Of a stretch of 64,000 nucleotides of DNA, positions 34,699 to 45,689 are shown piece by piece (position 1 is the stretch's first letter; every line of letters begins with the position of its first letter). Origin of the DNA: an uncultured Cellvibrionales bacterium (lineage in GTDB: Bacteria; Pseudomonadota; Gammaproteobacteria; Pseudomonadales; CAWVSB01); assembly GCA_963933215.1 (NCBI GenBank), contig CAWVSB010000007.1, positions 50,773 through 114,772 of the forward strand, in the 5' to 3' direction. Both the position numbers and the translations under genes were made by a program. Below the pieces are notes generated by a model. That model saw nothing but the letters and a program-made list of their open reading frames with translations, was not told the DNA's origin and made no database searches.

Positions 34699-36162
34699 GT
34701 GTTACCACAAGCAGTTTGGACAAAATGTGTTGGTTATTTGCAAACTGAATTACCTGCGCAGCAATTTAATACCTGGATAAGGCCGCTAAGGGCTGATGCG
34801 AATGATTCGCAGTTGTTATTATTAGCACCGAATCGTTTTGTGAAAGACTGGGTGAGTGATAAGTTTTTGCCAAGAATCATTGAGCTGGTGATTGAGATAA
34901 GCGAGCGACGGGTGCAAAAGGTTGTCATTGATATTGGTTTACAACAAATTGCCGCGCCAGCCAGTAGTTTTGCTGATCCGGCCTCTCCCCATATTTTGGC
35001 GCATGAAAATATCATTAAAGATGTTCCAATTGACACTGGGTCTGTTAATCGGCCCGTAGTCGAATCACCATTGCTTAATATAGGCTCTGGCGGTATCCAA
35101 CCGTCTAGATCTGCTGCTAATACAGTCGGCGGTTTTAGGCACCAAAGTTCGCTAATGCCCGGTTATACTTTTAATAGTTTTGTAGAAGGAAAATCTAACC
35201 AGTTGGCGCGGGCGGCCGCTACCCAAGTATCACAGAATCCAGTTGGCGCCTACAATCCATTATTTATTTACGGTGGCGTTGGTTTGGGTAAAACTCATTT
35301 AATGCACGCGGTGGGTAATGCGTTACTTGAAAAAAAACCAGATGCTAAAATTGTTTATTTACACTCAGAGCGTTTTGTTGCTGACATGGTTAAAGCGTTA
35401 CAGTTAAATGCCATTAACGAGTTCAAACGCTACTATCGTAGTGTTGATGCGCTGTTGATTGATGATATTCAGTTTTTTGCTGGTAAAGAAAGATCGCAAG
35501 AAGAGTTTTTTCATACCTTTAATGCCTTGCTTGAAGGCGGCCAACAGATGATACTTACTTGTGATCGCTATCCGAAAGAAATTAACGGTTTAGAAGAGCG
35601 ATTAAAGTCGCGCTTTGGTTGGGGCTTAACCGTTGCTGTGGAGCCACCTGAGCTAGAAACACGGGTAGCTATATTAATGAAAAAAGCAGAGAAAGCGCGC
35701 ATTGATCTGCCGCCGGAAGCGGCTTTTTTCATTGCTCAGAAAGTTCGCTCGAATGTTCGTGAGTTAGAGGGTGCGCTAAAGAGAGTGATAGCGAGCGCTC
35801 ACTTTACTGGTAAAGTTATTGACGTAGATTTAATAAAAGAATCGCTTAAAGATTTATTAGCGCTGCAAGATAAGCAAGTCAGTATGGATAACATCAAGCG
35901 TATTGTTGCAGAATATTATAAAATTAAAGTGGCAGACTTATTATCGAAGAGACGCAATCGATCTGTGGCACGACCAAGACAAGTGGCGATGGCATTGGCG
36001 AAAGAGCTGACTAACCATAGTCTGCCAGAAATTGGTGATGGGTTTGGTGGTAGAGACCATACGACAGTATTACATGCCTGCCGTAAGATTAAAGAGTTGC
36101 GTGATACTAGTGCAGACATTAGAGAAGACTATAAAAATTTAATTAGAACATTAACAACCTGA
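34699..36162 (+). CDS. dnaA: Chromosomal replication initiator protein DnaA
   Basis: 487 aa with a GTG start after AAAAGGGG, Walker [11 protein letters not shown] and a C-terminal DNA-binding DHTTVLHA. Confidence 0.97.
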   Translation: MLPQAVWTKCVGYLQTELPAQQFNTWIRPLRADANDSQLLLLAPNRFVKDWVSDKFLPRIIELVIEISERRVQKVVIDIGLQQIAAPASSFADPASPHILAHENIIKDVPIDTGSVNRPVVESPLLNIGSGGIQPSRSAANTVGGFRHQSSLMPGYTFNSFVEGKSNQLARAAATQVSQNPVGAYNPLFIYGGVGLGKTHLMHAVGNALLEKKPDAKIVYLHSERFVADMVKALQLNAINEFKRYYRSVDALLIDDIQFFAGKERSQEEFFHTFNALLEGGQQMILTCDRYPKEINGLEERLKSRFGWGLTVAVEPPELETRVAILMKKAEKARIDLPPEAAFFIAQKVRSNVRELEGALKRVIASAHFTGKVIDVDLIKESLKDLLALQDKQVSMDNIKRIVAEYYKIKVADLLSKRRNRSVARPRQVAMALAKELTNHSLPEIGDGFGGRDHTTVLHACRKIKELRDTSADIREDYKNLIRTLTT

Positions 36163-36210
36163 TAGACCTGCAAACCAAACACAACAATTGTTTTTAGGAA
36201 TGATAGAACT

Positions 36211-37311
36211 ATGAAATTCACTGTTACTAGGGATGCATTACTTAAGCCATTAAATCTTGTTGCTGGAGTGGTAGAGCGCAGACAAACCTTGCCAATTTTG
36301 GCCAATGTGTTGATTGGCGTGGAAGGTAATCAACTGACGTTAACGGGTACTGACCTTGAAGTCGAGTTACTCGGGAAGGTGAGTTTAGATGGCGTTACAG
36401 TCGATGGTGATATTACCGTTCCAGCGCGTAAGCTTTTAGATATTGTTAAGTCACTGCCTGACGACAGTGTAATTAGCGTTGAAGTAGAAGACCAGCGTGC
36501 GATTATTAAAAGTGGGCGCAGTCGGTTTACCCTTTCCACATTGCCCGCCAGTGAATTCCCAAATGTAGAACAAGGGTCAGCGACTCTAGAGTTTGATGTG
36601 TTACAAGGAAAGTTGAAAGGTCTTATCGACAAAACAGCATTTGCTATGGCTCAACAAGACGTGCGTTATTATTTAAATGGTATGCTGTGGGAAATCAAAG
36701 ACAGTGTGTTCAGAGTGGTGGCAACCGATGGTCATCGACTTGCGTTATCGACACTAGCTGGGATTACTACCAGCGAAGAGAAACAGGTTATTCTGCCACG
36801 TAAAGGCGTGCTAGAACTAAGTCGACTATTGATTGATGAGGCCGAGAGCATTCATTTGGCCTTTGGCGACAACCATTTACGGGCAACCACTCAGGCCTTT
36901 ACCTTTACCTCCAAATTGGTCGATGGTAAGTTTCCTGATTACGACCGCGTTCTGCCTAAAGGCAGTGATAAAGAAGTTGTAGCGCAGCGCGATATATTAA
37001 AGCAAGCTTTGGCTAGAGCGGCGATTTTGTCTAATGAAAAGTATCGCGGTATTCGTATGCAATTTAATGCCGGTGATTTGCGTATTGTTGCCAATAACCC
37101 AGAACAAGAAGAAGCTGAAGATGTTGTTGCTATCGAATACGATGGGGATACCTTAGAGATCGGTTTTAATGTTAGCTACCTGCTTGATATTATGAATGTG
37201 GTGTCTGGCCCTAAAGTTAAGTTCTCGTTGCTTGACGCTAATAGTAGTGCGCTGCTGGAAGACAATGACGACGGTAATTCGTTGTATGTAGTAATGCCGA
37301 TGAGGCTATAG
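36211..37311 (+). CDS. dnaN: DNA polymerase III beta sliding clamp
   Basis: 366 aa, starting MKFTVTRDALLKPL and ending MPMRL. Confidence 0.97.
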   Translation: MKFTVTRDALLKPLNLVAGVVERRQTLPILANVLIGVEGNQLTLTGTDLEVELLGKVSLDGVTVDGDITVPARKLLDIVKSLPDDSVISVEVEDQRAIIKSGRSRFTLSTLPASEFPNVEQGSATLEFDVLQGKLKGLIDKTAFAMAQQDVRYYLNGMLWEIKDSVFRVVATDGHRLALSTLAGITTSEEKQVILPRKGVLELSRLLIDEAESIHLAFGDNHLRATTQAFTFTSKLVDGKFPDYDRVLPKGSDKEVVAQRDILKQALARAAILSNEKYRGIRMQFNAGDLRIVANNPEQEEAEDVVAIEYDGDTLEIGFNVSYLLDIMNVVSGPKVKFSLLDANSSALLEDNDDGNSLYVVMPMRL

Positions 37312-37330
37312 GGGCTGTTTGCGATAGTAG

Positions 37331-38425
37331 ATGACTTATCTAAATCGTCTAAAGGTGACTGATGTCCGTAATATTCGTTCGGCCTCACTTTTGAAGTTTG
37401 CCCAAACTAACCTCATCCATGGTGCTAACGGCAGCGGTAAGACCACATTACTAGAGTGTATTAATATGCTGGGGTTGGGTCGTTCGTTTCGTGGTTTGCA
37501 GATGAAACCAGTGATTAATACTGAGGCTGAGCATTGTACTGTATTTGGTGAGTTGGCCGCGATTGGTGGCGGTGTAAGTCCGGTGGGTGTGGCTAAGTCT
37601 CGCAAAGGCGAAACTAGGTTAAAATTGAATGGTGAGTTGATAACCTCGGTTGCGCCGCTAGCTGAGTTATTGCCATTACAATTAATTAGTACCGATACCC
37701 ACCTACTACTATCAGGTTCTCCAAAGATACGTAGACAATATATTGACTGGGGTTTGTTCCATGTGGAACATAGTTTTTTATTTCATTGGAGGCGGCTACA
37801 GCAAGCATTAAAACAACGAAATTCTTTGCTTCGTCGTGGTAGAATAAACAGTGTAGACATTGACCCATGGGAGCTGCAGCTATCTGCCGCTTGTGACATT
37901 ATTCATGAGTTTAGATCTGCTTATATAGCGGCGCTTAATTCCGTCTTTAAAGACACGCTAGCGGCGCTGTATGATGAGCATGAAGACATTGAATTACAGT
38001 ACAGTTGTGGTTGGGACACTGATAAAGAGTATTCCCAGTATCTGATCGACAACCGTGAAAAAGATGCTCAGCGCGGTTTTACGCAGGCCGGAGCTCACCG
38101 GGCTGATTTAAAGGTTAAGGTGGGTAAACTAGCTGCAGCAGACGTGCTGTCGCGTGGTCAGCAAAAGTTATTAGTTGCAGCGTTGCGCTTATCTCAGGGT
38201 AAGTTACTGCAGCAGCAGACCGGTAGAATGGCTATTTATTTGGTAGATGACTTGCCTGCTGAACTTGATAAAACCCATCGGCAACGCTTTGTTAACGCTT
38301 TGTTTGAGACAGGTAGTCAAGTATTTATAACCTGTGTTGAGGCCGAAGAATTGATAACTGCATATATCGACAAAGAACAACCCGCTATGTTCCACGTGGA
38401 ACATGGTGAGGTAGAACAGCAATAA
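37331..38425 (+). CDS. recF: DNA replication and repair protein RecF
   Basis: 364 aa with Walker A GANGSGKTTLLE. Confidence 0.95.
   Translation: MTYLNRLKVTDVRNIRSASLLKFAQTNLIHGANGSGKTTLLECINMLGLGRSFRGLQMKPVINTEAEHCTVFGELAAIGGGVSPVGVAKSRKGETRLKLNGELITSVAPLAELLPLQLISTDTHLLLSGSPKIRRQYIDWGLFHVEHSFLFHWRRLQQALKQRNSLLRRGRINSVDIDPWELQLSAACDIIHEFRSAYIAALNSVFKDTLAALYDEHEDIELQYSCGWDTDKEYSQYLIDNREKDAQRGFTQAGAHRADLKVKVGKLAAADVLSRGQQKLLVAALRLSQGKLLQQQTGRMAIYLVDDLPAELDKTHRQRFVNALFETGSQVFITCVEAEELITAYIDKEQPAMFHVEHGEVEQQ
37755..37770. promoter_or_regulatory. parS: parS-like ParB binding site with one mismatch (TGTTCCATGTGGAACA)
   Basis: Read directly inside recF. Differs at one central position from the palindrome TGTTCCACGTGGAACA. 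Confidence 0.6.
38388..38403. promoter_or_regulatory. parS: Perfect palindromic parS ParB binding site (TGTTCCACGTGGAACA)
   Basis: Read directly near the recF 3-prime end. A 16-bp perfect palindrome matching the chromosomal parS consensus TGTTNCACGTGNAACA. Confidence 0.8.
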
Positions 38426-38457
38426 CACATAAAAATATGAGACCTAACGGGCAGTAG

Positions 38458-40911
<2,454 letters not shown>

Positions 40912-40930
40912 GCTTTAGTGGCATAGTTAG

Positions 40931-40961
40931 AGGCGCCCTATCACTAGCGGCGCCTTTTTTG
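40931..40961 (+). terminator. Rho-independent terminator after gyrB
   Basis: AGGCGCC (40931-37), an 11-nt loop, GGCGCCT (40949-55), then T6. Confidence 0.75.
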
Positions 40962-40989
40962 TATCAATTGCTTAGCAGTAAGGAACAAG

Positions 40990-41580
40990 ATGGCAGTTTT
41001 TATTGCGATGTGTGCTTACTCGCTCAGTATGTCTATTTCCCCTGGGCCGGTTAACTTGGTTGCGTTAACCTCCGGTTTAAATAAGGGCTTTCGCCGTGCG
41101 ATACCGTTTGTATCTGGCGCCGCAATTGGCTTTGCATTGCTGCTACTAACGGTTGGACTAGGGGTAGGAATGGTAACTACAAGCTTGCCATTATTTTTAG
41201 CAATATTGAGTTATAGCGGCTCGGCCTTTATTTTTTATATGGGTCTCAACATTGCAACAGCCGATCCAGTAATTAAGCAAACAAATGGAACATCGTCGTC
41301 GTTTATACATGGCTTTGTTTTGCAATGGCTAAACCCTAAAGCCTGGATCGCCAGTATTTCAGGTATTGGAGCATTTGAGATTGAAGCGACTCATCACCTA
41401 TTTGAATTTGTAGCGATTTATTTCTTGATCTGTTATGCCAGCATTGCTTGTTGGGCCCTCGTTGGCCATAAAATGAATTTGATATTGAGTGAGCCGAAAG
41501 CACTTAAAATATTTAACCTAGTAATGGGGGGTCTACTGATGATGGTGGCAGTTTATTTATTATTAATGCAGCTCATGTAG
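40990..41580 (+). CDS. LysE/RhtB family amino-acid efflux protein
   Basis: 196-aa six-TM protein with an N-terminal SPGPVN motif typical of the LysE superfamily. Confidence 0.75.
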   Translation: MAVFIAMCAYSLSMSISPGPVNLVALTSGLNKGFRRAIPFVSGAAIGFALLLLTVGLGVGMVTTSLPLFLAILSYSGSAFIFYMGLNIATADPVIKQTNGTSSSFIHGFVLQWLNPKAWIASISGIGAFEIEATHHLFEFVAIYFLICYASIACWALVGHKMNLILSEPKALKIFNLVMGGLLMMVAVYLLLMQLM

Positions 41581-41795
41581 CCAGTTGTAAACTTAATAGG
41601 ATCTTTCCTCATATTTTCAATTCAGCTTATTACATCTATTAACGGCCTAATTGATAGCGTAAAGTGAAGACGTTATTGTCAGACAATTAAGTAAAACAAT
41701 AAAATAGATTATGCCATCGCTATATAAAAAAGCAGGCTGTTACTAATTCGATCGCGTTATCATTATTCAAGTAACAATACGGATATCATCAGTTT

Positions 41796-42305
41796 ATGAG
41801 ATCTACCATTTACCTAATAATTAGCTGTTGCCTTACTCTGTCTTTTACGACTTTCGCAAACGACAGAGTAATTGAATCGCTTGAAAACGCAGTGGATATA
41901 TCAGGGCAATGGAAATACCGAGTAGGCGATAACGCCGCTTGGGCAAGTCCTAGCTATGATGACTCTGCTTGGCACCATATCTTGGTGCCGCAAAACTGGG
42001 GGAAATCTAAGTTATCATCAGACGTAGATTATTTATGGTATCGCTTAAACGTAAAAATTGATCGTACAGCAGTAGACCAAAAATATTTACATAGATTGTC
42101 GGTATACATTGGCCACGTAATGTCAGCTTATGAGATATACGTTAATGGTCATCGATTAGGCGGTTTAGGCTCGCCAGATGATCACTTACCTGAATGCCAG
42201 CATCAAACTAATTACCAAATTCCTTACTATGTCATTGATGGCACAGATGAACTCGTTATCGCACTAAAGTATGGCGTAAACCGTTTTTATTTAGTGGTGG
42301 TTTAG
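41796..42305 (+). CDS. N-terminal fragment: signal peptide plus 7TMR-DISMED2-like extracellular domain
   Basis: 169 aa with WKYRVGDNAAWASPSYDDSAWHHILVPQNW, YLWYR and EIYVNGHRLG, typical of DISMED2 jelly-roll domains. Confidence 0.6.
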   Translation: MRSTIYLIISCCLTLSFTTFANDRVIESLENAVDISGQWKYRVGDNAAWASPSYDDSAWHHILVPQNWGKSKLSSDVDYLWYRLNVKIDRTAVDQKYLHRLSVYIGHVMSAYEIYVNGHRLGGLGSPDDHLPECQHQTNYQIPYYVIDGTDELVIALKYGVNRFYLVVV

Positions 42306-42376
42306 GCGGCGCAAATCATGGGCGTTATCTGTTAGCAACATCTGAACAGCTCTATCTAGAAACATTTTGGGATAAT

Positions 42377-43552
42377 ATGGTTCCAGTGGTACTGGCATCA
42401 ATTTACCTTTTATTTGGCATCTATCATCTTTATCTTTACCGCCGGAATAAAGAATTTCCAGAATATCTCTGGGTTGGTTTATTCACTATAAGCCTATCAA
42501 TCTATACAGTTTTGATTAGCCATGTAGGAGACTTATTACCAATCAACAGTGCTCTCAAGGTCAAGATAGAATATTCACTTATTTTTGCCCTACCTATAAT
42601 GGGCATATCGTTTGTCACTAATTTAATGCGGTGCACAGTTAATAGATTTGTTAAGTTTTATCAATATTCTTTTCTGGTTTTCATTTTTTTGTTACTAGTC
42701 GATATAGAACTATATGATAAATCATCATTAGTCTTTCCTTGGCAAGTTTGGTTAGCGCCGGGTATTGTGGTTAGCTTGTTATATGTTATTAAGCTTGCAA
42801 TCAATAATAATCAAGAAGCTAAAACCCTTGTCATTGGCTTACTTATTTTTTCGGCTACTGTCATTAGCGATGGACTAGTTGTTAACGGAGTTATAGAGCT
42901 GCCGAGGCTGACATCCTTAGGGTTTTTGTTTGTTGTTATTGGGATGGCGTCTTCCCTGTCGAATAGATTTATTTTGTCACACGCCAACCTAGAGGATGCT
43001 GTTAAAGAACGAACACAAGCACTGCAAAAAATGAACGCCGAACTAGATTCAATGGCACATATCGATCCGCTTACCAATATCTACAACCGTCGATCTTTTG
43101 AAGATACATTTAACCGTTTGGTAAATACTAAGAGTAAAGGTGAACACTGTTATTGGCTTGCATTGCTGGATATTGACAACTTTAAGGAAATTAACGACTC
43201 CTATGGCCACAATATTGGAGATCTTGTTTTAGTCACACTAGCCAATATTATTAAACAAAAGCTAGATAAAAACGAGTTACTAGGCAGGTGGGGTGGCGAG
43301 GAATATATTTTATTATTAGAGCAAGACAATAAAAAACTAGCCCAAATAATTTTAGAAAGTATTAGACACGATGTTGAAACTCTAGTTATAGAATCTGATA
43401 TAGGACCAATTAAAGTCACAGTGAGTATAGGTGTAATAAAATATCAACATCAATCACTGAGCACTAGTATTAAAAATGCAGATAAAGCTTTGTACCAAGC
43501 AAAGCTCGACGGTAAAAATAAAATTGAATTTATTACCGCCGAACAAGACTAA
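42377..43552 (+). CDS. C-terminal fragment: 7TM (7TMR-DISM_7TM) plus GGDEF domain (GGEEY variant)
   Basis: 391 aa with about seven TM helices followed by DPLTNIYNRRSF...RWGGEEYILLL...ADKALYQAKLDGKN. Confidence 0.75.
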   Translation: MVPVVLASIYLLFGIYHLYLYRRNKEFPEYLWVGLFTISLSIYTVLISHVGDLLPINSALKVKIEYSLIFALPIMGISFVTNLMRCTVNRFVKFYQYSFLVFIFLLLVDIELYDKSSLVFPWQVWLAPGIVVSLLYVIKLAINNNQEAKTLVIGLLIFSATVISDGLVVNGVIELPRLTSLGFLFVVIGMASSLSNRFILSHANLEDAVKERTQALQKMNAELDSMAHIDPLTNIYNRRSFEDTFNRLVNTKSKGEHCYWLALLDIDNFKEINDSYGHNIGDLVLVTLANIIKQKLDKNELLGRWGGEEYILLLEQDNKKLAQIILESIRHDVETLVIESDIGPIKVTVSIGVIKYQHQSLSTSIKNADKALYQAKLDGKNKIEFITAEQD

Positions 43553-44193
43553 TCTTTATTATCGCCAACTAATAATGTTGGAATACCTAAGTTGTGGCTT
43601 TTAATAGTAGCGACTAAAGTATTGCGCTTCATCCCTGATTTTATATCACTGATATCGACCTTGCCTGCCCGTAAATATCGATGGTACTCATTGATATCCT
43701 CGACTGCCAAACCTAAGCCCCAAAACCCATCTTCGTGCTGGTCTTTATTCTCATATTCGCCTACTTCAAGCAGCAAGCCATCTAAAGGATAGAAAGATAG
43801 TTCAGCATTAGTCTCACCCAAAGTAATCGTATTTTTAAGCTGCAAGTTTAAAGGCGGAGCAGCTAACTTTCCACGCATTTGCTGCGGGGAGTTAGTCATA
43901 TAAACCACCATATTGATACCTACGTCAGTAGTATGTTTTTGCTCTGAAGGCGGACAAATTTGAAACTCAGCAATCGGTGAGTTTTGGCCTTCATCCCCAG
44001 CTAAATTAATTTTAGCAATACGAGCGGCAATAACCGTCGTTTGTTTCAACCAAAGATCTACATTTTTAAGTGCCAATAAATAAACGTCATCGCTGAATTT
44101 AGCGGCGCCACAGTTAAACAAATACTGATATTCCTCAACGGCAGTTAAGGCATTAGGGACTTCAATTACAATACTGACACAACGACGATTCAT
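43549..44193 (-). CDS. Hypothetical protein (possible glyoxalase/VOC-like fold)
   Basis: 214-aa ORF starting 8 bp downstream of the BASS gene. The C-terminal GLGLAVEDINEYHRYLRAGKV resembles VOC modules. The assignment is weak. Confidence 0.35.
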   Translation of the reverse strand: MNRRCVSIVIEVPNALTAVEEYQYLFNCGAAKFSDDVYLLALKNVDLWLKQTTVIAARIAKINLAGDEGQNSPIAEFQICPPSEQKHTTDVGINMVVYMTNSPQQMRGKLAAPPLNLQLKNTITLGETNAELSFYPLDGLLLEVGEYENKDQHEDGFWGLGLAVEDINEYHRYLRAGKVDISDIKSGMKRNTLVATIKSHNLGIPTLLVGDNKD

Positions 44194-44201
44194 AATTTTC
44201 T

Positions 44202-45149
44202 CTAATTATTGATGCTTTGTTTGACCACAAGCTGGCGACGAACGACGATAAACCCGCCACCAATAATTAACTGTACACCGCCGTAGAGCAGCAAAGTAAA
44301 TAAAACCATATTACCAATAGGATCTATCTGGCCAATAACCGCCGGAAAAATAGACGCCTTAATAAGCAGGCCTAAATTAATATTACGCACCACAACTTCC
44401 ATCTCGATCGCGGTACTATCAGCTGCGGATAATTTTGCCAGCTTGCTAACTAACCATGCCGAAAAATGCAGCGCAATAATAAAGAAGCAAACAATCAGTA
44501 CATTGTTAAACCCAAATGCTTCCGCGTCCAGTCTGCCAGCGATTATTGACCCAACGACAATCATAAAAATACCGAAAATAGATGCTCTAATACACCAAAC
44601 AGAAATTATTGGCGCAAGCTTGGGAAAAAATTTCAACAGCAACATTCCCAATCCTAGTGGGGCTAATAAGGTAAACATTATTTCTTTTACAATCTGCCCT
44701 GTCGGCATAACGAATGCCGCCGGCATATATTCTGAAATCAATAAATCCATAACGAACGGAGTACTTGCGAGACAAACGAGGGTTGTAATCGCGGTGACAG
44801 CAATAGACAAAGCAATGTTGCCGTGGGCAAAAAAGGTAAACATATTAGATGAAGTGCCGCCGGGTATAGCGGCAATAATAACGAGTCCCACCGCCACCCC
44901 GCCAACAATACCGAATGTATATATAAATAGATAAGCTGTTAGTGGTACTAAAAATAGCTGAATAGCAGTGCCTATGCTCACCGGTTTTGGTTCGGTTACC
45001 ACCTCGGAAAAATCATTTGCCGTTAAGGTAGCACCCATACCAAACATGGCAGTGACTAATTGAAATACTGCAAACCAGTATTCGTTTTGAACATAAAAAT
45101 CTGCCATTACTTGTAACCTGTTTATGCTTCTATTAAAGCGAGCTAACAA
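44202..45149 (-). CDS. Bile acid:sodium symporter (BASS/SBF) family transporter
   Basis: Polytopic protein with the PGGTSSNMFT and GNIALS signature. An alternative ATG start lies at the internal MADFY. Confidence 0.75.
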   Translation of the reverse strand: MLARFNRSINRLQVMADFYVQNEYWFAVFQLVTAMFGMGATLTANDFSEVVTEPKPVSIGTAIQLFLVPLTAYLFIYTFGIVGGVAVGLVIIAAIPGGTSSNMFTFFAHGNIALSIAVTAITTLVCLASTPFVMDLLISEYMPAAFVMPTGQIVKEIMFTLLAPLGLGMLLLKFFPKLAPIISVWCIRASIFGIFMIVVGSIIAGRLDAEAFGFNNVLIVCFFIIALHFSAWLVSKLAKLSAADSTAIEMEVVVRNINLGLLIKASIFPAVIGQIDPIGNMVLFTLLLYGGVQLIIGGGFIVVRRQLVVKQSINN

Positions 45150-45647
45150 TTTTGCTGCATAGAGATATTAATTGATACGTATTATGCGCTAATTTTTATC
45201 GCTAGCTGATGATTAATGTCAGCGGCTAAACCGTTACTATTTTATTAACGATTAATACTGATGGCCTATTATGTTCAGCTACTGCAGTTGCGTTTTTAAT
45301 ACATAGTCTTTGCGGGCCAGTCATAACCCGTACTGGCTGTGTGACCACGTATCCTTTAGCATAATGAAAACTATCAAGATTGAGAAAGGTAGCGCCCATG
45401 AAAGCCGCATTAGCTAAAAAATAGCCCAAATTATGGTCGCTAAATAACACTTGGTGGTGAAGTTCCGGTTAATGTAAGTTGAATAAACTTAATTCGTTAG
45501 CGCCAGCATATGCCTTGTTTCACGGGTAATAGTGGTGCATAAATTAACTAAAAGAGTGTTAGTAGAGGTGGTTTGTTAGGCATGGCTATTGTTCTGTTGT
45601 AAGGCTTCGCCACAGCAGACTACGGTCGAGTATCACCAACAGGGCCT

Positions 45648-45680
45648 AAAAACAGCGGCAGTTTAAAAAAACTGCCGCTG
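45648..45680 (-). terminator. Rho-independent terminator after the TonB-dependent receptor gene
   Basis: On the minus strand: CAGCGGCAGT, an 8-nt loop, ACTGCCGCTG, then T5. The stem spans 45653-45662 and 45671-45680. Confidence 0.8.
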
Positions 45681-45689
45681 ATTGTTTAC

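Larger units (their letters stand above)
41796..43552 (+). pseudogene. 7TMR-DISM sensor diguanylate cyclase (DISMED2 + 7TM + GGDEF), split by a 1-nt frameshift
   Basis: Fragment 41796..42305 holds the signal peptide and DISMED2-like domain. Reading frame +2 from about 42266 gives KVWRKPFLFSGGLGGANHGRYLLATSEQ and runs into ORF 42377..43552. One A appears to be missing from the run at 42266-42268. Confidence 0.7.

Noticed and set aside
45516-45531. A parS-like sequence, TGTTTCACGGGTAATA, in the non-coding gap.
   Set aside because: It has three mismatches to the 16-bp consensus, and the right half-site is largely lost. It is probably a chance match.
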